DNA from: a virus
Lineage: Duplodnaviria > Caudoviricetes
Strand: one strand, 5' to 3'
DNA length: 46,817 nt
Virus record (IMG/VR): IMGVR_UViG_3300021082_000042
Location: 1 to 46,817 of that record
Positions within the stretch are counted from its first letter, which is position 1, and the number at the start of each line of letters is the position of its first letter. Positions 7,338 to 15,311 of the stretch are shown here, piece by piece. The position numbers and the translations under genes were made by a program. Under the pieces are notes generated by a model. The model was not told the origin of the DNA, did not search any database, and saw nothing but the letters and a program-made list of their open reading frames with translations.

Positions 7338-7825
7338 TGCGGCTTACCCTTCGGCGGGTCGCCCTCGCCGCCGCCGCGCCGCCGTTGAATAATCGCGTTT
7401 AAGAGATCCATCGGAATAGGCAGCGCCGAGATATTTATTTCGGCCCCGGGCGCAGACCTCACCAGGGTATAGTTGGCGCGCATGGAGAGGTGAGTATTCC
7501 AATCCGGGATCGCGGCCTCCTGCATGATCTCGGCCCAGGCCAATTGGCGCGCGATGTGTTCCAGCGTGGACGCCCTGCTGGCGACGCCCGTCAAGGTATC
7601 GCGCTCGGCGGCGGTCTTCGCATCGAACTTGCTGGCGTGCGCGGCTAAATTGTCCTGGCGATCGTACTCATCGGCCAGCGCCCAAAGCGCCTTAGCGTAG
7701 GCCGATTCAACGGGGCAACAGACTACCTCGCCTTCAGTGGGCGGGTGCAGCCGCAGCGCGGCCCGCTCGATCTGTTCCGGCGTGATCTCCGCCAGGGCGT
7801 CCAGAATGGTTTCAAGAATTGTCAT
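7334..7825 (-). CDS. Hypothetical helical protein
   Basis: ATGA-coupled; RBS GGAGG. Confidence 0.75.
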   Translation of the reverse strand: MTILETILDALAEITPEQIERAALRLHPPTEGEVVCCPVESAYAKALWALADEYDRQDNLAAHASKFDAKTAAERDTLTGVASRASTLEHIARQLAWAEIMQEAAIPDWNTHLSMRANYTLVRSAPGAEINISALPIPMDLLNAIIQRRRGGGEGDPPKGKPQ

Positions 7826-8031
7826 CGAACCTCCACGAAGGGCACGATGGTAAGTCGGTGCCCGGAATGCTTGGGCTCATGCATCCGGCAGCCCGGCTGG
7901 TGCACCCAATAGAACTCGTCACACGAGCGGCAGTAATCGTAAGCCGCAAACTGGCCGCACTCCCCGCACGCCCGGTGCAGGGTCGCCAGCTTGAGCAACT
8001 CCGCGACGTGGGCGTCATCCAGAAACGGCAT
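7822..8031 (-). CDS. Small Cys/His-rich protein
   Basis: CGEC, CRSC, H...C..H..H..H; RBS GGAGGTG. Confidence 0.75.
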   Translation of the reverse strand: MPFLDDAHVAELLKLATLHRACGECGQFAAYDYCRSCDEFYWVHQPGCRMHEPKHSGHRLTIVPFVEVR

Positions 8032-8611
8032 CGCACCTCCGTAGTTCTGCCGCCGCCGCGCGGATCAGCGGCCCGGCCAGCTTCCGGCGGCGCTTGTTGT
8101 CCCGCCAATCGGGCGACAGGCGATAGCGGGTGTCGCGGGTGCGGTGGTATTGAATCTCAGTCCCGCTTGCGGGTTCGATCACCCGCCAGGAGCTTGCCCC
8201 GGTGAGCGGGGCGATGACCGAAGGCCCGGTGACGATCCCCTTCTCGCGGCGCTCGGCCTGCTGGATGCTGAAGTCGCCGAAGCAATCAGGCGCCGCAGCG
8301 ATCAGGTGTCCATTCCAGAGGTTGTAGCGGTCCTGGCCCTCGTGGAAGCCGAGGCCGATCCCGACCGAGTGCGACCCATCGACCTCGGCCCACTTGCGCA
8401 CGTCGTAATCGCCTTCATCGATATGCTTGGCGAAGGCCGCGTTGAGCAGCACCACGCTGACGGGCATCGGGCGAACATGGATCCCAAAATGGGCGGCCAC
8501 TTCAATCGCCAGCCGGGTACTGAGAATACAGCAATCGTAGCGACCGAATTCCGCCTCGATAGCAGCGCAGATCCGGCCCGAAAGCCAGCCGAATAATTCC
8601 TGGGCCGTCAT
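8015..8611 (-). CDS. Hypothetical protein, possible Cys-His-Asp (transglutaminase-like) fold
   Basis: DCCILSTR...WNGHLI...GDFSIQQ. Confidence 0.55.
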   Translation of the reverse strand: MTAQELFGWLSGRICAAIEAEFGRYDCCILSTRLAIEVAAHFGIHVRPMPVSVVLLNAAFAKHIDEGDYDVRKWAEVDGSHSVGIGLGFHEGQDRYNLWNGHLIAAAPDCFGDFSIQQAERREKGIVTGPSVIAPLTGASSWRVIEPASGTEIQYHRTRDTRYRLSPDWRDNKRRRKLAGPLIRAAAAELRRCDAVSG

Positions 8612-9258
8612 CAGCCGAGATTCTCCTGACGCAGATCGCCGTACATTTTCTGGCGGCCCGAGAATTCATCCACGTCCATTTCCATCACGCTGACCTCGCG
8701 GTAGACGATCTTACGCTGCTGCTCGTCGCGCTCGTACAGTTGGTTCAGCATCATGCAGCGGGTCGGCGTTTGCACGCTGATCGTGAGCGCCTCGGCGCGC
8801 GTCACCAAGCCCTGGTCAACGGCGGTCTGGAAGGCGCGCTCCCGGGTCAGCGCCAGGAATTCCTCGGGCGGCATCGAGAGCGCCTTCTCGGTGTTTCTAC
8901 CGATCCAGCAATCGCTGACAAACATCACCGCTTCGATCTTGAGTTCCTGCACGATGTGACGCACCGCGCCGAAGAGGCGGTCCTTAGCCTCGCCGCTGTT
9001 CATGATCTCCGCAGCCTCGCCGGGAATGATGAAGGGCTTCAGGCCGCCCTCGGGATCGCGGAACACGAAGAAGGGCGTGATGCGCCCGGTGGCAGTTAGC
9101 TCCTTCTTGGCGATCACCAGGGCGTGGACCGCGAGGTCGCGCAGCCCGGCGGTGTGCGCCGTGGTGGCGTCCCTGAAGTTGTCACAGTGGCAATAGCGGC
9201 AGCGTTGCCCGGCGATATGTGAATCTTCCAGGTGGGAGCATTTGCAGGGGCGTTTCAT
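8611..9258 (-). CDS. Hypothetical protein with N-terminal Cys/His Zn module
   Basis: CKCSH-x4-H-x5-CRYCHC; FVSDCW. Confidence 0.75.
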   Translation of the reverse strand: MKRPCKCSHLEDSHIAGQRCRYCHCDNFRDATTAHTAGLRDLAVHALVIAKKELTATGRITPFFVFRDPEGGLKPFIIPGEAAEIMNSGEAKDRLFGAVRHIVQELKIEAVMFVSDCWIGRNTEKALSMPPEEFLALTRERAFQTAVDQGLVTRAEALTISVQTPTRCMMLNQLYERDEQQRKIVYREVSVMEMDVDEFSGRQKMYGDLRQENLG

Positions 9259-9599
9259 TGGAACGATCCTTCCCGGTGGCGGCGCACCAGTTTCTCAATC
9301 TCTGCGGCCGTCTTCGCCTTCATGGCTTCGTCGAAGGTTTCCCCCTCCACCACGAGGTCGGCGATCTGGCGCAAGCGGCGCGAGACTTTTACGCCCTTCC
9401 CCACGGCAACGATCACCAGCGGCTTATCAAGCAGCAGCGCGAGGCCGATCTCCAGCCCGATCTTGACGTCGACGGTGCCGTCCAGAATCGAAAGGCACAT
9501 GACAGATGCCTTCATCTTCGGAATTAGATCGGTGCGCGCGCCATCGGCCAGCCCGCGCCAGAATTCTTCCATCTCTTGATTGGTAGGTTTATCGCTCAT
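9255..9599 (-). CDS. Nucleoside 2-deoxyribosyltransferase-like (partial Rossmannoid) protein
   Basis: ILDG...LEIGLALLLDKPLVIV resembles the NDT EIG.A....KP motif. Confidence 0.5.
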   Translation of the reverse strand: MSDKPTNQEMEEFWRGLADGARTDLIPKMKASVMCLSILDGTVDVKIGLEIGLALLLDKPLVIVAVGKGVKVSRRLRQIADLVVEGETFDEAMKAKTAAEIEKLVRRHREGSFQ

Positions 9600-9766
9600 T
9601 CGAATTCAAACTCCGGGCCGCCCTGGATCATGATCCCTTCCGGGTCGATGGTCACCCCGTCTACCAGCATGAAAAACGGGTTGTCATCATCGTCGACCGA
9701 CCGAATGAAGACCTCCTCGTCCGGTGGCATCTTTTCGAGTAGCGTTACTATTTCTCCGACTGTCAT
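9596..9766 (-). CDS. Small acidic phage protein (56 aa), absent from the ORF track
   Basis: Hand translation MTVGEIVTLLEKMPPDEEVFIRSVDDDDNPFFMLVDGVTIDPEGIMIQGGPEFEFE; RBS AAAGGAG; ATGA overlap with the next gene. Confidence 0.8.
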   Translation of the reverse strand: MTVGEIVTLLEKMPPDEEVFIRSVDDDDNPFFMLVDGVTIDPEGIMIQGGPEFEFE

Positions 9767-9778
9767 CGCCTGCTCCTT

Positions 9779-10261
9779 TCACTCCCCTGCCTTTGTTTCC
9801 GCCGCGATCTCCGTCGCAACGAATTTCACCAGCCGGATCTTCTTTCCGTAGGCCGCCGCCTGGGCTTCCATCTGCGGCAGCAGCTTCGCCAGCCGATCCA
9901 GGTGGTAGTCCATCGCCACCAGCGGGATCGTTCCGGCGGGCACCACCCCCTGCTTCAGGCCCACCTTCCCGCTGCCAAACTCGTCCTCGCCGATCCAGGC
10001 GTAAATGGCATCACCCTTGCCCACCCGCGCCTCGCCGATATGCAAGCCCAGGTGCAGCCCATATATCAGCGCCCCGGACAGTAGCTCTCGCAATGGGACG
10101 CCCAACGTCTGCGCTGCCCGGATCATGCGGCTGATCGTATCCGCGATGTGGGGGTCTTTCACGGTAAGCAGACTTAGCTGCTCGGTGATCTCCGCGCCGG
10201 GGCCGTCAGCGGTGATTCCGTCGTAGCCCACCTTGACCTCCGCATAGGACGGCGCTCTCAC
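9779..10261 (-). CDS. Hypothetical protein
   Basis: GTGA-coupled start. Confidence 0.7.
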   Translation of the reverse strand: MRAPSYAEVKVGYDGITADGPGAEITEQLSLLTVKDPHIADTISRMIRAAQTLGVPLRELLSGALIYGLHLGLHIGEARVGKGDAIYAWIGEDEFGSGKVGLKQGVVPAGTIPLVAMDYHLDRLAKLLPQMEAQAAAYGKKIRLVKFVATEIAAETKAGE

Positions 10262-11184
10262 AGCTTCACCTCGATCTCGCGCGCCGGGGCGGCCTTCCCC
10301 TTCGTGCCGCGAATGACGGATGGGGTCCAGACCAGTTGGTTGTATTTGCCGAACAAGCCCGCGCCCTGGCGGTAATCGCGGAAGTGCCCCCGGCAGATAT
10401 GCATCGCCTTCGCCAGCCCTACCTCGTGGGAACGGCCCTGGTGGCGGAGAATCTGTTTCAGTGGCTCAATGATTAACGTCTTATGCGGGGTGAGGCGCGC
10501 GCCCTCGTGGCGCTCCCGGTAACGCCGCGCCAGCTTCGGGGGCACCGGGTTATCGACCATCGTCACGTTCTTGCAGTGCATGAACGAGATCGCCAACAGC
10601 GACGGGTTCAGCCACGCCATGACGTTCTTGATCATCTCGTTGTGCACCGGATCCGAGTAACTCTGCATCCACGGTCGCTCGATCAGGCGGCCCTCGGCGT
10701 CGATGCACATGAAGATGGAACCGTGAGATCCGTCGGCGGTTACTTCCGGCTTGTGGTAGTCGGCGAATATCTCGCACCAGAAGACCCACTTCGCCTCGTC
10801 AGGAATCCCCTCGCCCTTCCACTGGTCCCGCTCTGCCGCGATGAACAGATGCCCCACGCGGCCGCCTTGCGGCAGGAGCTTGGTCACATCGGTATCACCC
10901 TTCGTCGAGCGAATCGTACGCACCATGCGATGCTCACACCAGAAGATCGGAAACGGCGGGGCGAGGTTCGGGAAGTCGCGGTCGAGGTTCCACTCCTCCT
11001 GGTCGGTCCCGGCGTAAAGGTACTCGGCCACGTTATCGATGCAGATCACCGGTATGGTGGGATCCTGGAGGATCCCGAGCACCCGGTTGGTATGCTGCTT
11101 CCAATTGGCGATCTGATCGTCGGCGACATACCAGGGCATCCCCAGGCGGCCCGCGTTGCGAATGTCATCTATCAGGCGCGGCAT
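10258..11184 (-). CDS. Conserved phage protein with C-terminal HxxRGHFR motif
   Basis: PPFP..W.E near the N-terminus; MHICRGHFRDY...VWTPSVIRG at the C-terminus. Confidence 0.8.
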   Translation of the reverse strand: MPRLIDDIRNAGRLGMPWYVADDQIANWKQHTNRVLGILQDPTIPVICIDNVAEYLYAGTDQEEWNLDRDFPNLAPPFPIFWCEHRMVRTIRSTKGDTDVTKLLPQGGRVGHLFIAAERDQWKGEGIPDEAKWVFWCEIFADYHKPEVTADGSHGSIFMCIDAEGRLIERPWMQSYSDPVHNEMIKNVMAWLNPSLLAISFMHCKNVTMVDNPVPPKLARRYRERHEGARLTPHKTLIIEPLKQILRHQGRSHEVGLAKAMHICRGHFRDYRQGAGLFGKYNQLVWTPSVIRGTKGKAAPAREIEVKL

Positions 11185-11501
11185 CAGTTCCTCGCCTGCA
11201 CCGCGTTATAGAGCACCAACGCGGCGCGCGCCGCTTGCCGGGGCGTCATGTGCGGCGGGTCGTCCTCGGTCGATCCAGGCACGTAGCAGCAGCAGCGCCG
11301 CTCGAGATGGGCGACCGACCCGATCACCAGCCGCAACTCGGTAATCTGAAAGCCGCGCTTGGCGTGGTAAGTAATCCAGCCACGGACCAACATGGAACGG
11401 AAGGCCCGCTGATCGTAGAGTTGCGCGGACTCAACGCTCATGTAACTGCGATCCGCAAACGCCTTCAACATCGGGAATTGTCGATTCGATAACCGGGTCA
11501 T
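11184..11501 (-). CDS. Hypothetical protein, possibly chimeric
   Basis: wHTH-like N-half, Cys-rich C-half; TGATG-coupled to the next gene. Confidence 0.6.
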   Translation of the reverse strand: MTRLSNRQFPMLKAFADRSYMSVESAQLYDQRAFRSMLVRGWITYHAKRGFQITELRLVIGSVAHLERRCCCYVPGSTEDDPPHMTPRQAARAALVLYNAVQARN

Positions 11502-11504
11502 GAC

Positions 11505-11879
11505 TTATGCAGCCTCCTTCAGCTTCTTCTGCTTGCCCGCCTCCATGGCGGCCAGCCGTGCTTTACGCTGCCGGGTGGACATGGCAGCCCACCGCTCCTT
11601 CGCGGCCTCACTGAGCTTGTGGCCCTTGCTGTTGGCTTTGCGCGCTGCGAGGCGGCGGGCCATTTCCTCTTTGCGGGCTTGTGGATCTGCAGGCCAGCCG
11701 CCCCGGTTGTCGTTTACCTTGCGCTTCGCCGTGGGCAGCGCCTCGGCCTCCTGCAGACCATTCAGCGCCGCCCGCATTTCCGCGATCTGGCGCTGTAGCA
11801 CTTCCACCGCAAGCTCCATACCCGGCAACATTGCGGCCATGCCCATGAGGGCGTATTTCTTCGTTTCGTCATCACACAT
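11505..11879 (-). CDS. Basic coiled-coil protein, probable nucleic-acid binder
   Basis: Coiled coil then KLSEAAKERWA; RBS GAAAGGG. Confidence 0.75.
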   Translation of the reverse strand: MCDDETKKYALMGMAAMLPGMELAVEVLQRQIAEMRAALNGLQEAEALPTAKRKVNDNRGGWPADPQARKEEMARRLAARKANSKGHKLSEAAKERWAAMSTRQRKARLAAMEAGKQKKLKEAA

Positions 11880-11940
11880 CGTTGTAACCCTTTCGAATTT
11901 GAAATCCGACCTCCGCCTCTAATCAGCCTTGGCCCGGTTT

Positions 11941-11964
11941 TTTAGGGATATCTTACTCCCTAAA
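11941..11964. promoter_or_regulatory. Operator-like palindrome
   Basis: TTTAGGGA-N8-TCCCTAAA in an AT-rich intergenic gap; the spacer contains TAAGAT on the minus strand. Confidence 0.5.
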
Positions 11965-12019
11965 TGCCGTAAAAGGAAACATTGATTGTGGTCTAAGCCC
12001 CAACGGGACGCTTCTCACG

Positions 12020-12403
12020 TCACCTTCCCCCGCGACACGTGCAGACCGATGCGCAGGACGTTTCATACGGAGCGAATCCTTCCGGGGCAACGGTGCGGTA
12101 ACTGATCACGAATCCCGAGCCTTCGCAGTACGGGCAATCCGGCCTGCCGACGCTCGTTTGCTTGCGGTGGCGCTTCGCCCCGGCTATTTGAATCAACTCG
12201 GCTGGCGTGGGGCAGATGGAATGGGTATCCACCACGTCGCTGATCAGGCGGTGTATGAAATCGGCGTCGCTTTCGGAGATCCGGCGCAGCGCATTCCGCA
12301 GTTCCTTCTGCGCCGCCGGAAGCATCGGGAATTTCGGCAGGCCGCTTAAGCGCTCGACCTCGCCGTCATAGGTGGTGTCAGCAAGCAGCTTTGACTTTTT
12401 CAC
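12020..12403 (-). CDS. Replication-associated protein (helicase loader/inhibitor position) with CxxCxGxG
   Basis: Directly follows the initiator; CPTPAEL, CPYCEGSG, CTC. Confidence 0.6.
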   Translation of the reverse strand: MKKSKLLADTTYDGEVERLSGLPKFPMLPAAQKELRNALRRISESDADFIHRLISDVVDTHSICPTPAELIQIAGAKRHRKQTSVGRPDCPYCEGSGFVISYRTVAPEGFAPYETSCASVCTCRGGR

Positions 12404-13322
12404 GCCACACCTCTACGAGTTCCTCGCCCCCGTTTTCCCGCAGCGCATCCCACATCTCGTTTTCGGCATACATCCGGTAGGTGCGCTCTTCCCATTCCCG
12501 GAACTCCCGCGCCCGGCGCTCCGGTAATGTCTCCGACTGGACGCCTTTACGCCCGGGCCGTATGTGCTTCCAATCACCGTCGCGGAACCAACGCGGCAGC
12601 CGCGGGATGAATCGCCCGGCGGGATAGGTGGCCCATTCCTGGCAGCAGGCAGCGTGGGCTTCGCGTATGGTCTGCAGCGTAGCCGTAAGGTCTTCGGCTT
12701 TGGTGAGGATCTTCGCGGCCTCGGCGACGGCCCCCGGGGAATTCCCGGGTTCGGGATGCTTCGGCATCAGTTCCACTACCAGCTTCTCGGCCTCGGTGAC
12801 CGCCAGGGTCGAGGGGTGTTCGGGTTCGTTACACGCCTCCACGGTGGCCGCCGCCGCCGCCCCGCCCGGGTGGGAAGACACCCCGGCGGCGGCGTCATGC
12901 CGCTCATCTGGATAAGAAACATCTGGTTCATATAAGGAGGGATCGGCATCGCCGGGACATTTTTGTCCCGGCAGACTGGCCATTTTTGTCCCGGCAGACT
13001 GGCCATTTTTGTCCCGGCGCTCCGCATCGACCTCCCCGGCTTGCCACTGGTCCGGGGTGGTTAGTTCGTAAGCGTTTGAGAGGGGTAATTTCCTGATCGC
13101 CAGGAAGCCCGCCGACCGGAGTTGGCTGATCGCCCGGGTTATGGTTCGTACACTCACGCCGACGCGGGCGGCCAGGGTTTCGCGCTTCGGAAAGCATCCC
13201 CCGTTGCGGCGGTTCCGGTACGTACTGATCACGTCGTAGACCACGACCGCCGTCCGGCTTACATCGTCGCGGCCGAGCAGGGCGACGGGGGTGGGGGCAA
13301 ACGCATAAGCGAGGGTGGACAT
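12378..13322 (-). CDS. Phage replication initiator (lambda O-like, N-terminal HTH)
   Basis: CFPKRETLAARVGVSVRTITRAISQLRSAGFL; iterons inside the gene; FIP....WF..G.W. Confidence 0.85.
   Translation of the reverse strand: MSTLAYAFAPTPVALLGRDDVSRTAVVVYDVISTYRNRRNGGCFPKRETLAARVGVSVRTITRAISQLRSAGFLAIRKLPLSNAYELTTPDQWQAGEVDAERRDKNGQSAGTKMASLPGQKCPGDADPSLYEPDVSYPDERHDAAAGVSSHPGGAAAAATVEACNEPEHPSTLAVTEAEKLVVELMPKHPEPGNSPGAVAEAAKILTKAEDLTATLQTIREAHAACCQEWATYPAGRFIPRLPRWFRDGDWKHIRPGRKGVQSETLPERRAREFREWEERTYRMYAENEMWDALRENGGEELVEVWREKVKAAC
12951..13018. repeat. Origin iterons inside the initiator gene
   Basis: CATTTTTGTCCCGGCAGACTGGC at 12958-12980 and 12981-13003, partial at 13004-13018; inverted half GCCGGGACA at 12951-12959. 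Confidence 0.85.
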
Positions 13323-13323
13323 G

Positions 13324-13398
13324 TTACCTGCCCCCCTGAACTGTGATCGAACCGTCAAACAAAACGGCGAAAAACGGTGTACGATGATGGAGATACAT
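13324..13398 (-). CDS. Putative 24-aa leader peptide coupled to the initiator
   Basis: MYLHHRTPFFAVLFDGSITVQGGR; RBS AAGGAAAGG; TAA-C-ATG junction to rep. Confidence 0.5.
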   Translation of the reverse strand: MYLHHRTPFFAVLFDGSITVQGGR

Positions 13399-13419
13399 CG
13401 TTAAGAACCTTTCCTTGGC

Positions 13420-13461
13420 GCGCGCTGTCCGGTGAACACCTACAGCGCGCCCATTTTTTTT
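13420..13461 (+). terminator. Plus-strand (antisense) intrinsic terminator
   Basis: GCGCGCTGT/ACAGCGCGC stem with inner GGTG/CACC, then T8. Confidence 0.65.
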
Positions 13462-13492
13462 GCAGCCTCGTGTTGCCTGAGCCAGCCATAGC

Positions 13493-13855
13493 TCAAGCCC
13501 TCTCGTGGCGTTCCAGCCACTCGATCAATTCGTCCACAGACTCCACGACCAGCGTGTCGAGGCCGTAGAACTGTTTCAGGAGTCGAATCCTGGTGATTTG
13601 CTCCGGGCTCAGTTTGCCGCCGGGCCGCTTCGTCTCCAGGAAAAACGAGGGCGCCTTCACCACGATGTAATCGGGGTCGCCCTTCTCACCGATGGTGATA
13701 ACCTGCGATGGCCTGCCCACCGGATTGAACACGCCAACGTGTTGGCGAATGGGCCACCAGTGATGCAGCCGCAGGAGGTCGAGGCACCCCTTCCGTACGT
13801 CGTTCTCTGAAAGTTGCAATTTCGGCGGGTTCAGGTTGAAGCGAGGGCCTGGCAC
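13493..13855 (-). CDS. VRR-NUC nuclease
   Basis: SENDV...G.KGDPD...FLETKRPGGKLSPEQ...VVESVDE. Confidence 0.9.
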   Translation of the reverse strand: MPGPRFNLNPPKLQLSENDVRKGCLDLLRLHHWWPIRQHVGVFNPVGRPSQVITIGEKGDPDYIVVKAPSFFLETKRPGGKLSPEQITRIRLLKQFYGLDTLVVESVDELIEWLERHERA

Positions 13856-13858
13856 GAT

Positions 13859-14203
13859 TTACAGCGCCTCCAGGGGGATTTTGAGAATGCCCGCGATGGC
13901 CTGGGCGCACTGAGAGCAAACGCTGTCAGACACGAACTCCCACCACGCGCAGCGGGTGCGGCGGGGGGAGTTGGTCAGGGACACCCCGCAGAAGGCCCGG
14001 TTGGGATCGCCGAATAGCTGCACGTGCGGCTTATGGCTCTGGAAGCGCGCCAGGATCAGGTCGTAGGTTCCGGCGCGGACCTTCTCCAGGTATTCCGGCT
14101 GCGCCCGCAGCGCCTCCTCGCGGCTGATCCGCTCGAGGCACGCGGGGCAGAACAGGGTGCGGTACGTGGTGCCGCACTTCGCGCAGGTTAGATCGGCAGC
14201 CAT
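13859..14203 (-). CDS. Cys-rich hypothetical protein
   Basis: CAKC, CPAC, H...FCG...CSQC. Confidence 0.75.
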   Translation of the reverse strand: MAADLTCAKCGTTYRTLFCPACLERISREEALRAQPEYLEKVRAGTYDLILARFQSHKPHVQLFGDPNRAFCGVSLTNSPRRTRCAWWEFVSDSVCSQCAQAIAGILKIPLEAL

Positions 14204-14847
14204 ATTTCGAACCTTCGGATCTGCGCTTCCAGTTCGCGGATCGCGTCGTCGCCTTCGTCGCGGGCCAGCTTCTCCAGGTGGGGCAGGCCCCCGGCAATCG
14301 AGGCGTCGATCTCGGCCCGGGTGGCAAGGCGGCCCTCGGTGTAGCAGACGACCTGCTCCGGGTCGCCCACGCTGATCAACGGGCGCTTATTCTGGTCGGG
14401 GAAGATCTCATAGCTCTTCGTGACCCACAGCAGCGCCACGCCTGGGTTACGGTCGATGGGGCACCCGGCCGCGTCGATGGTGCCGGCGGGGAGATTGGCT
14501 GTCCGCCGTTCCATTTCGATCCGGGTGAGAAACGGGCAATTTCGGATCGACCAGAGGGCGCAGTCCCGATGGCAGGGGGGTTCGCTCGTGGTGCGGGTAA
14601 TCCCGCACATGGGGCCGAGCACAAAGGCGAGGTTGCCCCCGAGCTGCTGCCCGCAGACCCAACAGCGGCGCTCCCGGATCGCCCGCTCGAACTTCTGTCC
14701 ATCGGCGGTGCGGAATTCCGGTTCGCCGCCAGGGCCATCGGGCCATGCCACGAACCAGGGGACCGGGTAGCCCCGGTGCGCAGGTAAATCCTTGATTCGA
14801 TCCGGCACCGCGGTTAACTCCGGGCGCAGGGTTTCGAGGGTCTTCAT
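14188..14847 (-). CDS. Conserved phage Zn-binding hypothetical protein
   Basis: RGYPVPWF...CWVCG...EPPCH..CA......CPFL; start MKTLET is ATGA-coupled. Confidence 0.8.
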   Translation of the reverse strand: MKTLETLRPELTAVPDRIKDLPAHRGYPVPWFVAWPDGPGGEPEFRTADGQKFERAIRERRCWVCGQQLGGNLAFVLGPMCGITRTTSEPPCHRDCALWSIRNCPFLTRIEMERRTANLPAGTIDAAGCPIDRNPGVALLWVTKSYEIFPDQNKRPLISVGDPEQVVCYTEGRLATRAEIDASIAGGLPHLEKLARDEGDDAIRELEAQIRRFEIWLPI

Positions 14848-15128
14848 CGGTGCGCGCCCCCTTCCCCAAACGCCTCCTCCGCGATGGTGTCCCGCGCCCC
14901 GAGCTTGATCTGACCTTCCGGGGTGTTTACCGGAATGCCGAGGTCGGTGTAGGGGTTCATGCGGATCACCGCGTCCCAAAAGGCGCGGGCGGCTTGCTCG
15001 ACGGTGAAGGCCGGGTTAACGTCGATCCGCCCGTCGAAGCGTATGGTGACAATGGGGTCAGCGGAGGCCGTGTAAAGCGCCATGGACCCCGGGCCGTGGG
15101 GAAGGTCAATGCGAAGCGTTTCAATCAT
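14844..15128 (-). CDS. Hypothetical protein
   Basis: AGGAG upstream; DGRI.VNP..T.EQAA.AFW. Confidence 0.7.
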   Translation of the reverse strand: MIETLRIDLPHGPGSMALYTASADPIVTIRFDGRIDVNPAFTVEQAARAFWDAVIRMNPYTDLGIPVNTPEGQIKLGARDTIAEEAFGEGGAHR

Positions 15129-15149
15129 ATAGGGGGGAAGCTCCTAAGC

Positions 15150-15175
15150 AAAAAAGCCGCCCCGGTGGGGGCGGC
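15150..15175 (-). terminator. Intrinsic terminator downstream of the integrase
   Basis: GCCGCCCC/GGGGCGGC stem, 4-nt loop, T6 on the minus strand. Confidence 0.85.
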
Positions 15176-15311
15176 GCGGTTGGGTTATTGCCCCGGGCGG
15201 CGGGGGCGTTTATAGGCGGTCGGGCGGGGCGGGGGGTGTTGGCGGCCCCGGAGGCCCCCGGCGGGGGCGTGGCGGCCCCCGGCGGCCCCAGGACGGGGCG
15301 GTATAGGGCCG

